Shown: piece by piece, positions 1 through 9,914 of the stretch
How the letters are laid out: each line of letters opens with the position of its first letter
Numbering within the stretch: position 1 is the first letter of the stretch
IMG/VR virus record: IMGVR_UViG_3300046780_000362
Location: 1-62,463 of that record
Origin: a virus
Lineage: Duplodnaviria > Caudoviricetes
DNA length: 62,463 bases
Reading direction: 5' to 3' (one strand)
Notes under the pieces: model-generated
Told to the model about the DNA's origin: nothing
What the model saw: the letters and a program-made list of their open reading frames with translations, nothing else
The model's database searches: none
Translations under genes and position numbers: made by a program

Positions 1-177
1 TCCATCTTACAGACTATAGCTAGCATACGAAACGTGATCGTCAACCCGCCCCGAAAGAAAAAGTCATCGGCATAGAGATCGGCGTGTGCTGGTCGTGATC
101 CTTCCGCGCCCACCTGAACTTGTTCGAGTCCGTGATGCGCGGCGTGGCGCGTTCGACCTTCGCGCGGAGCACCTTCT
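1..177. repeat. Terminal direct repeat, left copy (circularisation overlap)
   Basis: Matches 62287-62463; first 127 bp identical, then 4 substitutions (positions 128, 139, 152, 167). Confidence 0.95.
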
Positions 178-1798
178 GCGTCATGCCGATCGTCTCACGC
201 GCGAAGTCGGCTTCGGCGATCACGGTCTCGAAAAGATCTAGCGTCGCCCCGGACCCGGCAAGCCAGTCCACGATCACGCCGTCGAGCTGTCCGGACCGAT
301 GCGACCGCCCGAAGATCTGCTCCACCCACTTCGCCGAAGGCGGTGGCATCACGAGCAATTGCCGCGTCCACGGCTGCAAGTTGAACCCTTTTTTATTGGA
401 GTGCCACGACACGATCATGCTTCGCGTCGGGTCGGCCACGTGCAGCCCGCGCCCCGCCGAGTCGCGGCCGTGGCGGCCGTAGTACGACAGCCGCGTAGCG
501 TGCGAGAGCGCGCCGGCGAACTCCACGCACCCGGTCCACACGATACCAGGGGCGGGCGATTCGGCGAGCCACTCCGCCACCGACTCGATCGTACTCGTGG
601 ACAACCACACGGCTTCGGTTTCGGGCTCGAACGTCCCCTTAACGTTCGTCCACGCCACCACGAGCGGGTGCTCCGCGTAGCGGCGCAACACTTGCGCTTC
701 CGTGTCGAGAGGCTTCCGCGTGTGCGTAGACGCCGCGATCCGCTCACGTACGAACGCGTTCTTAGCCTTGTACGCGAGCTTCCACGGCTCGGGCGGTGGG
801 TACTTCCACCGCAAGTACAGGCCGCACTCATACTGCCCGGATATGCGCCACCGCGACAACGGATCGGACACCGACACGCCGCACGGGGTCTCGAGCGCCT
901 GGCGGTCGTTCTCGAGGTCGCCCGCCAAGAACAGCCGGAACTCGCGATCGAGCACGGGGTCTTCGCGCGACAGGCGCACGCGCACCGTGAGCGGTGCGGC
1001 GCACGAGTCGCCGTCGACGATCACCACGCCGGGCGTTTCGGCGAGGCGCGTCCGGTACCACGCTCGAGCGTGCTCGGTGGTCGTGCCGAGCGGGCCGGGC
1101 CGAAAGCGCACGGGGTTTCGCCCGCGGGCCTCGTCCAGCGCAAGGGCCCATTCGTTCGCCTCGCCGCGCGTCAGAGGTACGGGGGCGCGCTCGCGAAGCG
1201 CCCAGCACAGCAAATGCCAGTAGTTCATGATGCTTTTGCGGCCCGGCGTGCCAGTGAGCAGAACGACCACCGTTTCCGGATGCGCCAAGATGTACCGATC
1301 GATCCGGCGGACCCACGACGCGTCTGCGTTCGCGGCCTCGTCGGCCTCATCGATCATGATGAGATCGGGTTGCATGCGCCTTTCGAGAAAGTCGTGGGCT
1401 CCTTCGGTCGTGAGCTCTTGCCACGTCACCACGCGGGGCATGGTGTGTGGCTCGCGCCAGTCCCGGCGAAGCGCGGCGAACTCGTGGTTCGTCTTATCGC
1501 GCAAGCCGGCCCCCGGCACGATGAGAAGAGGGCGGAGCGAACCGAGCACCGTGGCCAGAAGGTAGGTGATCAAAGTTTTCCCGGTGCCCACGGGAAGACC
1601 GAGAAACCCGCCCCCGTTCTCCGATACCTCCACGAGCGACGCACCTTGCGTCCACCGAAGCGGATCGTGCGTCGACCCGGGGAGCCGAAGCAATCGCGTG
1701 AGTTCGTCCGCGTACCCCGCCGCAAGCTCAACGTCGAGCGTGCGGCGGGGCAGCGCAACTACGCGCCGATACTCCTGGGTATCGCGGACCTCAGGCAC
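41..1798 (-). CDS. SF2 (SNF2/DEAD-like) helicase
   Basis: Walker A LPVGTGKT, Walker B MIDEAD, motif III LTGTP, motif VI QIFGRSHRSGQ. Confidence 0.85.
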   Translation of the reverse strand: MPEVRDTQEYRRVVALPRRTLDVELAAGYADELTRLLRLPGSTHDPLRWTQGASLVEVSENGGGFLGLPVGTGKTLITYLLATVLGSLRPLLIVPGAGLRDKTNHEFAALRRDWREPHTMPRVVTWQELTTEGAHDFLERRMQPDLIMIDEADEAANADASWVRRIDRYILAHPETVVVLLTGTPGRKSIMNYWHLLCWALRERAPVPLTRGEANEWALALDEARGRNPVRFRPGPLGTTTEHARAWYRTRLAETPGVVIVDGDSCAAPLTVRVRLSREDPVLDREFRLFLAGDLENDRQALETPCGVSVSDPLSRWRISGQYECGLYLRWKYPPPEPWKLAYKAKNAFVRERIAASTHTRKPLDTEAQVLRRYAEHPLVVAWTNVKGTFEPETEAVWLSTSTIESVAEWLAESPAPGIVWTGCVEFAGALSHATRLSYYGRHGRDSAGRGLHVADPTRSMIVSWHSNKKGFNLQPWTRQLLVMPPPSAKWVEQIFGRSHRSGQLDGVIVDWLAGSGATLDLFETVIAEADFARETIGMTQKVLRAKVERATPRITDSNKFRWARKDHDQHTPISMPMTFSFGAG

Positions 1799-1801
1799 GT
1801 C

Positions 1802-3112
1802 TTACGGCGCCGCCTGCAAGAGCGTGTACGCGTCGATCACGTCCGCGGGGTGCCCGATGAGCGTGAGCGGTCCGTAGTTGCCGGCCATGGCCATGGTGCG
1901 AGTGAGTGGTGCGTCCGCGGCCGCGACGGCCACCGGAGCAGGTGCGGCCGCCGGCGCCGCCGCCTGGCGAGGCTTGCGCGCCTTCGGTGGCTCCTCGGCG
2001 GGCGGCGGCGGTGCCGCGACTGCTACGGGCGGCGGGGGCGGTGCCACGGGGGCCGGGGGCGGTCCTGCGTGCTGCCCGAACGTGGACACCGGGGCCACCG
2101 GAACCGCGCCGAACTGGACCCCGGCTGGCGCGCCGTTCGGGGGAGTGATGCGTTCTTGAATTGCTGCGGGGAGTACCATCTGTTGTTTCTCTTTCTTGAC
2201 GAGCGTTTGCACAATGGAGCCGAAGGACCGCCGCGCGTCACACGGCCCCCCGACAGAGTGATGGTGGGGGCAGCCCCCATAGTCGCCGCACGCGAGCGTG
2301 TTCGGCGTGGCATCGGATTCGAGGCGTAACGAGTCGAGATGGCGGGCGCGCTCGGACCCGGCCATCACCGCGTCCGTGGCAGCGGACCGCGTGATCACCG
2401 CGTCCACCGGCGCGGCGCGGCGTACGCGTTTCGTTTCGCAGTACGTCCACCGTGCCGGAAGCCGGTCATGGCCCGTCTCGGTCATCGTGGCCAGGGCGTA
2501 CAGGTTCGCGGCGAAGTCGTCGCGCAAGCCGGCGGACGTGAGCGCGTACCGCGCGATATCCGCGCTCGACTTGTAGTCGTCCAAAAGCCAACCGTCCGCC
2601 ACGTCAGTGATCCCGAGCCGCGCGAGCTCCGCCGGCGCTTGCACCACGAGATCACGGTACCCGGCCCACACTATCCCGGCGACGCGGAAACCGACGGGCG
2701 GTGCGTGGCTGTCCGTGGCCCCGACGATCGCGGCGTCCCCGATCGGGGCCTCCGTACGCACCACCGTGCACGCTTGCGGGTGTGGTACGAGCGCCGCACC
2801 CGAGAGTGCAATCTGCCCCGGCAAGTCAGTCCAGTTGACTGGCCGATGTTCGTGCCACGCCTGGAAACGGGAGTGCATCTCGGTGCCGAGAGCCGTGCTG
2901 CGTTGCCGCGACTTGACGGGCTCGCCGCGCCCCGCGGGGTCACGCCACCAATACACGCCGTGGGCGTCCGCACTCCGGTCCGCCACGTAATGCGCGATCG
3001 TGGCCCACTCCACGCGCGGTTCGCGTATGCCCGCGACGTACTGATACCACCACGCACGCTCGCACCGGTCACCGAGTGCGAGGGACGAGGCGCTGTGGTA
3101 GAGGCGGGTCAA
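1802..3112 (-). CDS. PD-(D/E)XK Cas4/RecB-like exonuclease with Pro/Ala-rich C-terminal tail
   Basis: N-terminal SASSL..C.R.W motif, GTEMH, RDLV...DDYKS catalytic motif, C-terminal C..YGGCPH..C cluster. Confidence 0.75.
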   Translation of the reverse strand: MTRLYHSASSLALGDRCERAWWYQYVAGIREPRVEWATIAHYVADRSADAHGVYWWRDPAGRGEPVKSRQRSTALGTEMHSRFQAWHEHRPVNWTDLPGQIALSGAALVPHPQACTVVRTEAPIGDAAIVGATDSHAPPVGFRVAGIVWAGYRDLVVQAPAELARLGITDVADGWLLDDYKSSADIARYALTSAGLRDDFAANLYALATMTETGHDRLPARWTYCETKRVRRAAPVDAVITRSAATDAVMAGSERARHLDSLRLESDATPNTLACGDYGGCPHHHSVGGPCDARRSFGSIVQTLVKKEKQQMVLPAAIQERITPPNGAPAGVQFGAVPVAPVSTFGQHAGPPPAPVAPPPPPVAVAAPPPPAEEPPKARKPRQAAAPAAAPAPVAVAAADAPLTRTMAMAGNYGPLTLIGHPADVIDAYTLLQAAP

Positions 3113-3423
3113 AGTGTCCCGTCTATGAAGGAGACACGGCGCAATTCGTCTACGAACACCGCGACGAACGAGCGTTCATTCGACTGATACAGCCATACCC
3201 CACCCATCTGCCGCTGTGGTGCCCGCACGCCGGGCCCACGGCGCCGCCGCACCTGCCCGCACGCGGCGAGCCTCGCGAGCGCGCTCGACACCGTGGCCGG
3301 CGATTCGTTGATCCACTTCGCGATCTCGGTCGCGGTACGTTCGTGCAACGTCGCGGCAAGTGCGGCTAGGCACCGCTCGCGTACGGTAGGTACGAGTCTC
3401 ATGTGATCCCGTGCCTCGGGCAA
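3109..3423 (-). CDS. Winged-helix DNA-binding protein
   Basis: TATEIAKWINESPATVSSALARLAACGQV is a MarR/ArsR-like HTH; overlaps next gene by 4 bp. Confidence 0.6.
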   Translation of the reverse strand: MPEARDHMRLVPTVRERCLAALAATLHERTATEIAKWINESPATVSSALARLAACGQVRRRRGPGVRAPQRQMGGVWLYQSNERSFVAVFVDELRRVSFIDGTL

Positions 3424-3785
3424 TCACGGTCGCGTCGCGAGAACTCACCTGAGTTGTCACACGTGCACACGGCCGCGACAACGGAAGCCGGATCGTCAAG
3501 GCCCCACGCGTCAGGGTGGGGGCATGGGTGCGAGAGAGGGTTCGCACAGTCCCCGCACCGCATGTTTGGCATTTCCTCCACCACGATCCGGATCGGCACG
3601 TTCCGGTGCATCATGTACCGCGTCGCACCCATGACCCCGATCCGCACCGCGTCATCGATCGTGATCCGTCCCTCATGTAACTCGTGTTCGATCATCGTAA
3701 CGAGTGCGTGCAGGCGTGGATCACGCCGTACGCGTGCTTCGAAGTCGTGCTCGTCGCCCGGTCGGAACCGTGTCGCGTCGTCCAT
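3399..3785 (-). CDS. Hypothetical protein with Cys-rich C-terminus
   Basis: ATG start preceded by a promoter-like element; CxxC and CxC motifs. Confidence 0.55.
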   Translation of the reverse strand: MDDATRFRPGDEHDFEARVRRDPRLHALVTMIEHELHEGRITIDDAVRIGVMGATRYMMHRNVPIRIVVEEMPNMRCGDCANPLSHPCPHPDAWGLDDPASVVAAVCTCDNSGEFSRRDRDCPRHGIT

Positions 3786-3952
3786 CTGCCCCGAACCCTG
3801 GCACGCTTACGAAGCATACGCAAGCCCTCCACGAAAAAGAAAACCGGGTCACGGCGGCGACGAGATGGGGCGTCGAGTGGCACGTGACCCGGCAGAGTTG
3901 TGATCGTAGCCCGCTTGCGCGCCCGCGTCGAGGGGGCTAGGGTTCGAGCTAG

Positions 3953-4222
3953 ATGGACCGACCTCCGCACGTACGTGATCGCCCCGGTGACCGCCTACTT
4001 TTTTACGTGGAAGAGTGGCGCCACCCCGAAAGCGCCACACGTGGCGCGGGGCTAGGGTGGTGCGAGGTATACGCGTGCCCTGCCCACGTGTGCCCTCCGC
4101 ACGGCGGTTATCACTGGTACTGGCGATCGTACGATTGGGGGGTGTGGATCGCGTTCCGCGTACCTGGCGATGGCATGTCGCACGACGCTCGCGTAACGGC
4201 GTGGCGGGTCGAGTGCCAGTAA
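3953..4222 (+). CDS. Hypothetical Trp-rich small protein
   Basis: ATG downstream of TTGCGC-N17-TAGGGT; protein-like composition; overlaps primase start. Confidence 0.45.
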   Translation: MDRPPHVRDRPGDRLLFYVEEWRHPESATRGAGLGWCEVYACPAHVCPPHGGYHWYWRSYDWGVWIAFRVPGDGMSHDARVTAWRVECQ

Positions 4223-6402
4223 TCACCGTGTATCGCGGCGCACGCGCACCCATCCCCGTGGACGCGGTCGATCTGCCGTGGGACGAACTTGCCACGTGCC
4301 TCGAAGAGATTGCGAACGAACCGCCGGGCGCACCAGAAGACGCGGACGTCGAAGCCCAAAAACGCAGCATGCTCGCGTGGGCCCCGCACGCGCTCACGCC
4401 GGGGGCGACGCGCGGCACCGAAGGCGTGGACCACGTGTCGCTCTTAGTGGTGGACGTGGACAACGGCGCCACGCCGGAAGCGATCGTGTCGCAGTTGCAC
4501 GCGGCTGGGTACGCGAGCCTCGTATACGAAAGCGCGAAGTCCACGCCCGAAGCGCCACGCTTTCGCATCGTGTGCCCGGTCACGACACCGATCACCGTGG
4601 GCGAGTGTCGTGAGACGCGCACGCGCTTCGCGGAGGCGCTCGGACTCGCGCCAGACTGCGGCGTGCTCGGCGCGCAAGAGGCCGCGAAGCTCTTCTTTTC
4701 GGGGCGCGCACACGACACCCCACCGCGTCGCGTCTGGCGCACGAAAGGCGCGTCCATCGATCCGGCGACGCTTCCCGAGAACTCGGCCGAGTGGGTGGCG
4801 CGCGCGCCCGCGGCGCATGCCACCGCCTCGCCGCACCTCGCGGACCTCCCGCCGGTGGACGCTGGCCTTGTGACCGCGCTCGGGGACTGGCGCGCGCACG
4901 CCGGCAGAAAGCACGCGCTCGTCGGAGCGCTCGCTGGCGTCATGCGCAAGCTCGCATACACGCCATATCAGTGGGAATCCGCGGTGCGCGCGTGGCTCCC
5001 CACCGATGAACCGACGGTGAATGTGGACACCGCGATCGCATCGTGGGCGAAAACGTGGGACCTACCTTCCGAGAGCGTGTCCGGCTTCCAAGAATTAGAA
5101 CGCCTACTCGGCACGGGGCACGCCGAGATCGTTGAGAGCGCGGCGATCGCGGGGTCGTGGGGCGGGCGGGCGGCCGCCACGCGGCCCCCTTTACCCCCGA
5201 GCGCGGCGGTCTCTTCCGGCGGACAGCCGTGGGCTACCCCCGTCACGGGCGGTGACCCACTCGGCACGCGGCATCTTCACTCGGACCCGCCACACGTAAT
5301 CGAGTACTACTGCGAAGGGCTGAAGCTCGCCCCCTCGAAGGGCAAGATCTCGCTCATCGCGGGGCTACCAGGCGCGGGCAAGGGGCCGATCGCCGATCAC
5401 CTCGCGGTCGCGTTCGCCACCGGCCTCCCGGCGTTCGGCACGTTCCCACTTCGCCCGTGCTCGCGCGTGATGCTTCTCGACGCGGAAGGTATCTATCTGA
5501 CGATGGAGCAGACGCGACGATGCGCCGTCGCCATGGGGGTGGACCCGCGCGCGCTCGACACGACCCTCGAGATCCGCGACCTCTCGGGGTTCGGAACGAA
5601 CGTGCTGGACGATCGGTTCTATTACGCGCTCGCGGCGGCGGCGCCGGACGTGCTCGTCGTGGACTCGTACACGTCACTCATGCTGAACACCGGGCTCGAC
5701 CCAAACAAGATCGAATTCGGGCGACTCGCCGGCATGCTTGGCGCGCTGAACACTTTGGTGATCTGCGTCGCGCATGCCAACAAGGCGCCGCTCGCGGGTG
5801 AGCGCCCGACGCTGCAGCAAGTCGCGGGATCGTTCGCGCTTGCAGCCATGGCGCAAACCGGAATCGTGTGCTGGCATCCGAACCACGACGCACAGCCAAA
5901 CCTCGTGTCGGTCGCGTGCATGCGCGGCCCGCGCGGCGGGTTCAAGGGCTTTGACATTGACTTCCAGGACGTCGATAACGACGGGCTAGCGCTCCGAATG
6001 ATCAACGCGACGCAACGCGAGGCGCGCGCGGACGTGGCGGCGAACGCCGAGATCGAGCGGGCCATGAACGGGGTCCTCGCGTGGCTCACGGCGCACCCCG
6101 CCCCGTGGCCCCGAAAGATGATTCGCGAAGCCGTGATCGTGCATGGCGCAAGCGACACCGGCCTTTTACCGGAGGCGCACATTGCGGGGGCAATGGCGCG
6201 CCTCACCTCGGCGGGGCTCGTGACCATGCACCTGGGGGTGGGGGGCAAGCCCCCCACGTACGAAATACGCAGCGTGCAGAACGCACCGGGGGCTGTAGCC
6301 CTCAGTCACGCAGGGGACGTGGTGACGGCGCCGCCGGCGGGGCCGGGGAGCGTCGGGATGTTCAGGCGATCGCTAGCAAGTCGTCCAGCCATGCGCTCAT
6401 GA
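4213..6402 (+). CDS. Primase(-polymerase)-helicase fusion (AEP-like N-terminus plus RepA/AAA_25 helicase)
   Basis: LLVVDVDNG and PRFRIVCP primase-type motifs; Walker A GLPGAGKG, LLDAEG, Walker B LVVDSY, AHANK; likely GTG start at 4213. Confidence 0.75.
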   Translation: MPVITVYRGARAPIPVDAVDLPWDELATCLEEIANEPPGAPEDADVEAQKRSMLAWAPHALTPGATRGTEGVDHVSLLVVDVDNGATPEAIVSQLHAAGYASLVYESAKSTPEAPRFRIVCPVTTPITVGECRETRTRFAEALGLAPDCGVLGAQEAAKLFFSGRAHDTPPRRVWRTKGASIDPATLPENSAEWVARAPAAHATASPHLADLPPVDAGLVTALGDWRAHAGRKHALVGALAGVMRKLAYTPYQWESAVRAWLPTDEPTVNVDTAIASWAKTWDLPSESVSGFQELERLLGTGHAEIVESAAIAGSWGGRAAATRPPLPPSAAVSSGGQPWATPVTGGDPLGTRHLHSDPPHVIEYYCEGLKLAPSKGKISLIAGLPGAGKGPIADHLAVAFATGLPAFGTFPLRPCSRVMLLDAEGIYLTMEQTRRCAVAMGVDPRALDTTLEIRDLSGFGTNVLDDRFYYALAAAAPDVLVVDSYTSLMLNTGLDPNKIEFGRLAGMLGALNTLVICVAHANKAPLAGERPTLQQVAGSFALAAMAQTGIVCWHPNHDAQPNLVSVACMRGPRGGFKGFDIDFQDVDNDGLALRMINATQREARADVAANAEIERAMNGVLAWLTAHPAPWPRKMIREAVIVHGASDTGLLPEAHIAGAMARLTSAGLVTMHLGVGGKPPTYEIRSVQNAPGAVALSHAGDVVTAPPAGPGSVGMFRRSLASRPAMRS

Positions 6403-6444
6403 ACACGAGAAAGAGCCCGGCGAGGCAACGCAACGTGAGCGCGA

Positions 6445-6705
6445 TCACTCGCCCGCCGCGTCCTTCACGCTTGCCGCTTGCGCCGCTGCCACCTGGCACG
6501 CCGCTTGCGCGAACGGCTCGAGCTGTGCACGCGCTGCGCAGAACTTTTCCGCGACCACGGCGATCCCGTCGTCCGGATTCTGCTTCGAGTGGTACGCGAT
6601 GCACAGTGCACGCGCGACGTCTTGGCCCGCGGCGCACTGCGCCGGCGTGAGTCCGGACGTGCAGCCCACGGCGAGCAACGCGAGCGCCACGAGCCGGGCG
6701 ATCAC
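6445..6705 (-). CDS. Lipoprotein, possible spanin
   Basis: Signal peptide with lipobox LAVGC; GTG start overlaps the holin stop; follows the endolysin and holin. Confidence 0.55.
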   Translation of the reverse strand: MIARLVALALLAVGCTSGLTPAQCAAGQDVARALCIAYHSKQNPDDGIAVVAEKFCAARAQLEPFAQAACQVAAAQAASVKDAAGE

Positions 6706-6911
6706 GACCCCTCCGGAGGCGTCTCGGTGTGCAGGTACGACCCCGCCACCATGAACCCGAGGAACGACAGAGCGGTGTCGATCACTTTCGACACGTCGCC
6801 CTCCGCACCGGCCGGAAGCACGACACCGAAGCGCCGGCACGCCACGAGCGTAGCGCCCACGAGCGCCAGGAGGGCGGCGCGACCCGTCACGAGACGCTGA
6901 ATCAGTTTCAT
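6702..6911 (-). CDS. Putative holin
   Basis: 69 aa with two hydrophobic segments; ATG overlaps the endolysin stop. Confidence 0.55.
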   Translation of the reverse strand: MKLIQRLVTGRAALLALVGATLVACRRFGVVLPAGAEGDVSKVIDTALSFLGFMVAGSYLHTETPPEGS

Positions 6912-7513
6912 GCCGACAAGTATGCCACGACCAGGGGCAAAGTCTCGACCGTGCTCCGGAGGCGCGCTTCCGCCGCGGCGTACGATCCCTCGGCCGCCGT
7001 AAAGTACCCACCCTCGTGCAACGCGTGCACGAACCCGGCGTAGTCGCGCACTGCGGCCCGCTCGAGCGCCCGCGGGTACTTCCGCGCCAGAAGCCCGATG
7101 TAGTCTCGAACGCCCCTGTTGCGCGCCGCGCGCAACACCTCCGGGTCCGTGACGTCGTCTTCCGGACCCACGTACGACCGGAAGCGGTTCATGGGGCCTG
7201 GCGGGAGCGTCACGGCGCTCGCGCCGTGTCCCTCGCCCGCGGTGAAGGAGGTCCATTGCCCGGCGTACTCGCCGCGTACGTTGCCACAGTTGCCATTCCA
7301 GTACCCGGGCGCCTGGTGCGCCTCGTCCGGACCCTGACGCGTCCCCGTCTCGAGAAGGATCTGCGCAAGGCACGCGATCAACTCACCGCCGAGCGCCTCC
7401 GTACCGACCACGGCGGGCCACGCGTCGGCGAGCTGTCGCGCGATCTCTTCGGGCGTGGCGGGTGTCGCCACGCGCGCCACGAACCCGGGCCATGTGCCCG
7501 TCTTCAGGGTCAC
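6908..7513 (-). CDS. Endolysin, GH73 glucosaminidase/FlgJ-like
   Basis: AQILLETG catalytic Glu motif, NCGN, FRSY and GGYFT motifs typical of GH73. Confidence 0.75.
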   Translation of the reverse strand: MTLKTGTWPGFVARVATPATPEEIARQLADAWPAVVGTEALGGELIACLAQILLETGTRQGPDEAHQAPGYWNGNCGNVRGEYAGQWTSFTAGEGHGASAVTLPPGPMNRFRSYVGPEDDVTDPEVLRAARNRGVRDYIGLLARKYPRALERAAVRDYAGFVHALHEGGYFTAAEGSYAAAEARLRSTVETLPLVVAYLSA

Positions 7514-7881
7514 GGTGACATCTCGAGCGGGTCAACGTCCTGATACTGCAGGTCGGGCCCCGAAGCCTCGCAATGGTACGGTTCCCCGTGTGCGACGTCG
7601 TACGCGTCCGGACCGCGCACATTGTGCATCTCGGGCGGACACCCGTCCGGATCGGATGAAGGTGCCTTTGCTTTATTCCACGAATCGAGCGGCCCGCACC
7701 CGGCGAGCGCGAGCATCACGAGCCACACGAGCGGGGCGCGCCGGCGGAGCGGTGCATCCGGGTCGCGGCCCGCAATCTTGCAGACGGTACGAGCTATGAC
7801 GCGCGAGGCGAAACGCTTCGCGCGCCACACCAGATAGGCCGGCGGAAAGAGCACGTAAAAGAGGGCGGATCGGGCGTCCAT
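7510..7881 (-). CDS. Hypothetical membrane or lipoprotein
   Basis: Internal lipobox LAGC; TATACT -10 box 6 nt before the ATG. Confidence 0.5.
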   Translation of the reverse strand: MDARSALFYVLFPPAYLVWRAKRFASRVIARTVCKIAGRDPDAPLRRRAPLVWLVMLALAGCGPLDSWNKAKAPSSDPDGCPPEMHNVRGPDAYDVAHGEPYHCEASGPDLQYQDVDPLEMSP

Positions 7882-7893
7882 CGTGGGAGTATA

Positions 7894-8490
7894 TCACACC
7901 TCCGCGCGGCGGACCGTGTACGCCTCCGGGGACCACCCTTCACCCGGGCCGATATGGGCCCACGCGCCCAGCGCATGATCGACACGGGCGCACAGCACGC
8001 CCACACCCTCACAGGGATGGATCACGACGTCGAACCACTCCGGGCGCCATTCCGTGGTTTCGCTCGAGTGCGCCGCGAACGTGCTGTCGAGTGGACGCAC
8101 GGAGCCTTCCAACAAGATCGTCAGTGCCCCGAGCTTTCGGAACGTGGTGATCTCGTTTTCGAAGCGGGCATCTTGAAACACCCGGCGGCCATCGCCACGG
8201 CACGCGTACCGGATCCAGATCTCGGGGTGGAGCGCGCGGCCCCACTCCGTACCGAGCGTTTGCAGTGCGTGGCGTGCAGAGAAGCCCCACGCCGGATCGA
8301 CGGCGTTGCGGAGTTCGGACGGGCCCCATAGTCGGTCCCCATCCCACCCGAACACGTCCGCCGCGAAGCGCTTCATCGGGTCCGCGAGCGACGCGATCGC
8401 GTAGCCACGCGACGCCGCGAGGTGGTTCGCGACCGTACTCTTTCCAGAGCCGGCGCGGCCGGCCACGAGGATCGTGTTAGGGAGGTTCAC
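7894..8490 (-). CDS. Deoxynucleoside monophosphate kinase (T4 gp1-like)
   Basis: GRAGSGKST P-loop, LADPMK, R..LQ.LGTEWGR, DARFENE. Confidence 0.85.
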   Translation of the reverse strand: MNLPNTILVAGRAGSGKSTVANHLAASRGYAIASLADPMKRFAADVFGWDGDRLWGPSELRNAVDPAWGFSARHALQTLGTEWGRALHPEIWIRYACRGDGRRVFQDARFENEITTFRKLGALTILLEGSVRPLDSTFAAHSSETTEWRPEWFDVVIHPCEGVGVLCARVDHALGAWAHIGPGEGWSPEAYTVRRAEV

Positions 8491-8852
8491 AGCTCACCCC
8501 CGAACGCGGCGCGCTTCTCGATCTGCCGCCGGCGCACACGTTCGATTACGTCCGGTTGCTGTATACGAAGGATCTCGCGTGCAAGCTCGTCCTCGGCGTT
8601 CACGTCGACCGCGCATGCGGCCGCCAACATGGTCACGTACACGCCGGCGATCTCCTGACCGGGGTCGCCCTTGGGGCGAGAGTAGACGTACTCGCACACG
8701 CGGCGCAGATCGTCGGCGCCCACATCCACCGACTGCGCGAACTCCAGCGCCTCTTCCACGAGACGCAAGGCGCGCTCGCGCTTACTCCGGCGGGAGTCCT
8801 CGCCGCACGCCATGTCCGTCCAGATCTGTACCATCATCTGAGCTAGGGCCAT
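8487..8852 (-). CDS. MazG-like nucleotide pyrophosphohydrolase
   Basis: RLVEEALE...QEIAGV all-alpha NTP-PPase pattern; adjacent to the dNMP kinase. Confidence 0.6.
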   Translation of the reverse strand: MALAQMMVQIWTDMACGEDSRRSKRERALRLVEEALEFAQSVDVGADDLRRVCEYVYSRPKGDPGQEIAGVYVTMLAAACAVDVNAEDELAREILRIQQPDVIERVRRRQIEKRAAFGGEL

Positions 8853-9040
8853 CTTCTTCCATCCTTCCCCGCGGCGCGTGCCGCGGCTTCGAGCACTTCA
8901 CTTAGCACAGCCGAGAGCGTGCGACAGGGGCCGGCGTCGCGAATCCGGACGAGGTTCGCCACGTCGTGCGCCGTGAGCGTGATCGCGGGTGGGGTGGCGC
9001 GGGCTTCGGCTAGGTGGCGGTTCAGGACGGCCGCGCTCAC
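8843..9040 (-). CDS. Hypothetical protein
   Basis: Small ORF in the operon. Confidence 0.4.
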   Translation of the reverse strand: MSAAVLNRHLAEARATPPAITLTAHDVANLVRIRDAGPCRTLSAVLSEVLEAAARAAGKDGRRWP

Positions 9041-9108
9041 CGCCGCACCGGGGGTGCGAGCCTACGGGGGTCGATGAACGGGCGGATTCGGCGAGTGGTC
9101 ATGCTCGA

Positions 9109-9474
9109 TCACCTTGCACGTTGCGTGCCACGCGTACGCCGACGGCGCGCGAAGTATGCGTCCACGAGATGCTCCACGATGTACGCGATCGCCTCGTCGT
9201 TCGCCTGCGTAACAGGTACGCCCGACCCGTGTAACACCGCAACGGCCACGTGCACGAACTCGTGCGCGATCGCCCCCATTGAAGCGTTCGGCTGGAACCA
9301 CACGTACAGGTCGGACTCGCCCGGTGGAATGTAGGTGGCCCCGTCCGTGTCCCCGACTCCGCCCTTGTCACCGTGCCGTCGGAACCACCGCTGTGCGACC
9401 TCCGGGGTGGCCACGAGCACGTGCACGTCGTACGAATACGGAGGGACGCGAATGTAGTACGGGCGCGGGGTCAC
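9109..9474 (-). CDS. HExxH metallopeptidase-like protein
   Basis: IAHEFVH...NDEAIAY; GTG start overlaps the upstream stop. Confidence 0.6.
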   Translation of the reverse strand: MTPRPYYIRVPPYSYDVHVLVATPEVAQRWFRRHGDKGGVGDTDGATYIPPGESDLYVWFQPNASMGAIAHEFVHVAVAVLHGSGVPVTQANDEAIAYIVEHLVDAYFARRRRTRGTQRAR

Positions 9475-9914
9475 TCTCGCACCACCGTGATGCACGGCCG
9501 ACCCCGGAGGTAGTCGCGGTGCGGCACGTGCACGCCATTCACAAGAAAGCCCCAATCCGCGATCTCTCGGCCCGCGATGAAGTGCGTACGCGTGCCCGGC
9601 TCGACCGCCGTGATGCGGTGATAGTCGCCAGGCCGAAGCACGTTCAGATCGCCCGCGCGATAGGTGCGCGTCCACGGAAGCCCGTTCTCCCCCGGGCGTG
9701 CCTCGCGGTAGCCACCCGATAGCACGACCGCGACCGCCCACGCCCATGGGTGATCGTGCATGTCAGGATCCGAGTCCGGAGAGTGGATCTCGTGGATGAA
9801 CTCGTGCACGAGGCACGCGGGGTCGTGCGTGTCCAGGCAATCAACGCCCGCGAGCACAGTCCGCGTCAAGTACGGCGTGCCGTCGGGGTGGCGAAGGGCC
9901 CATCTTCCGAGCAT
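9471..9914 (-). CDS. Cupin-fold protein (copy 1)
   Basis: HDHPW..LSGGYRE..HRI..WGF; start uncertain. Confidence 0.65.
   Translation of the reverse strand: MLGRWALRHPDGTPYLTRTVLAGVDCLDTHDPACLVHEFIHEIHSPDSDPDMHDHPWAWAVAVVLSGGYREARPGENGLPWTRTYRAGDLNVLRPGDYHRITAVEPGTRTHFIAGREIADWGFLVNGVHVPHRDYLRGRPCITVVRE

Noticed and set aside
299-2329. Long opposite-strand ORFs (also 26786-28459, 29637-31277, 3849-4961)
   Set aside because: Antisense shadows of real high-GC genes
1802-3112. Cas4-like gene as part of the guide system
   Set aside because: It is 19 kb away in the replication cluster, and stand-alone Cas4-like exonucleases are common phage recombination genes
3799-3895. TGGCACG at 3799 and about 3878 as sigma54 promoters
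   Set aside because: They lack the TGC at the -12 position
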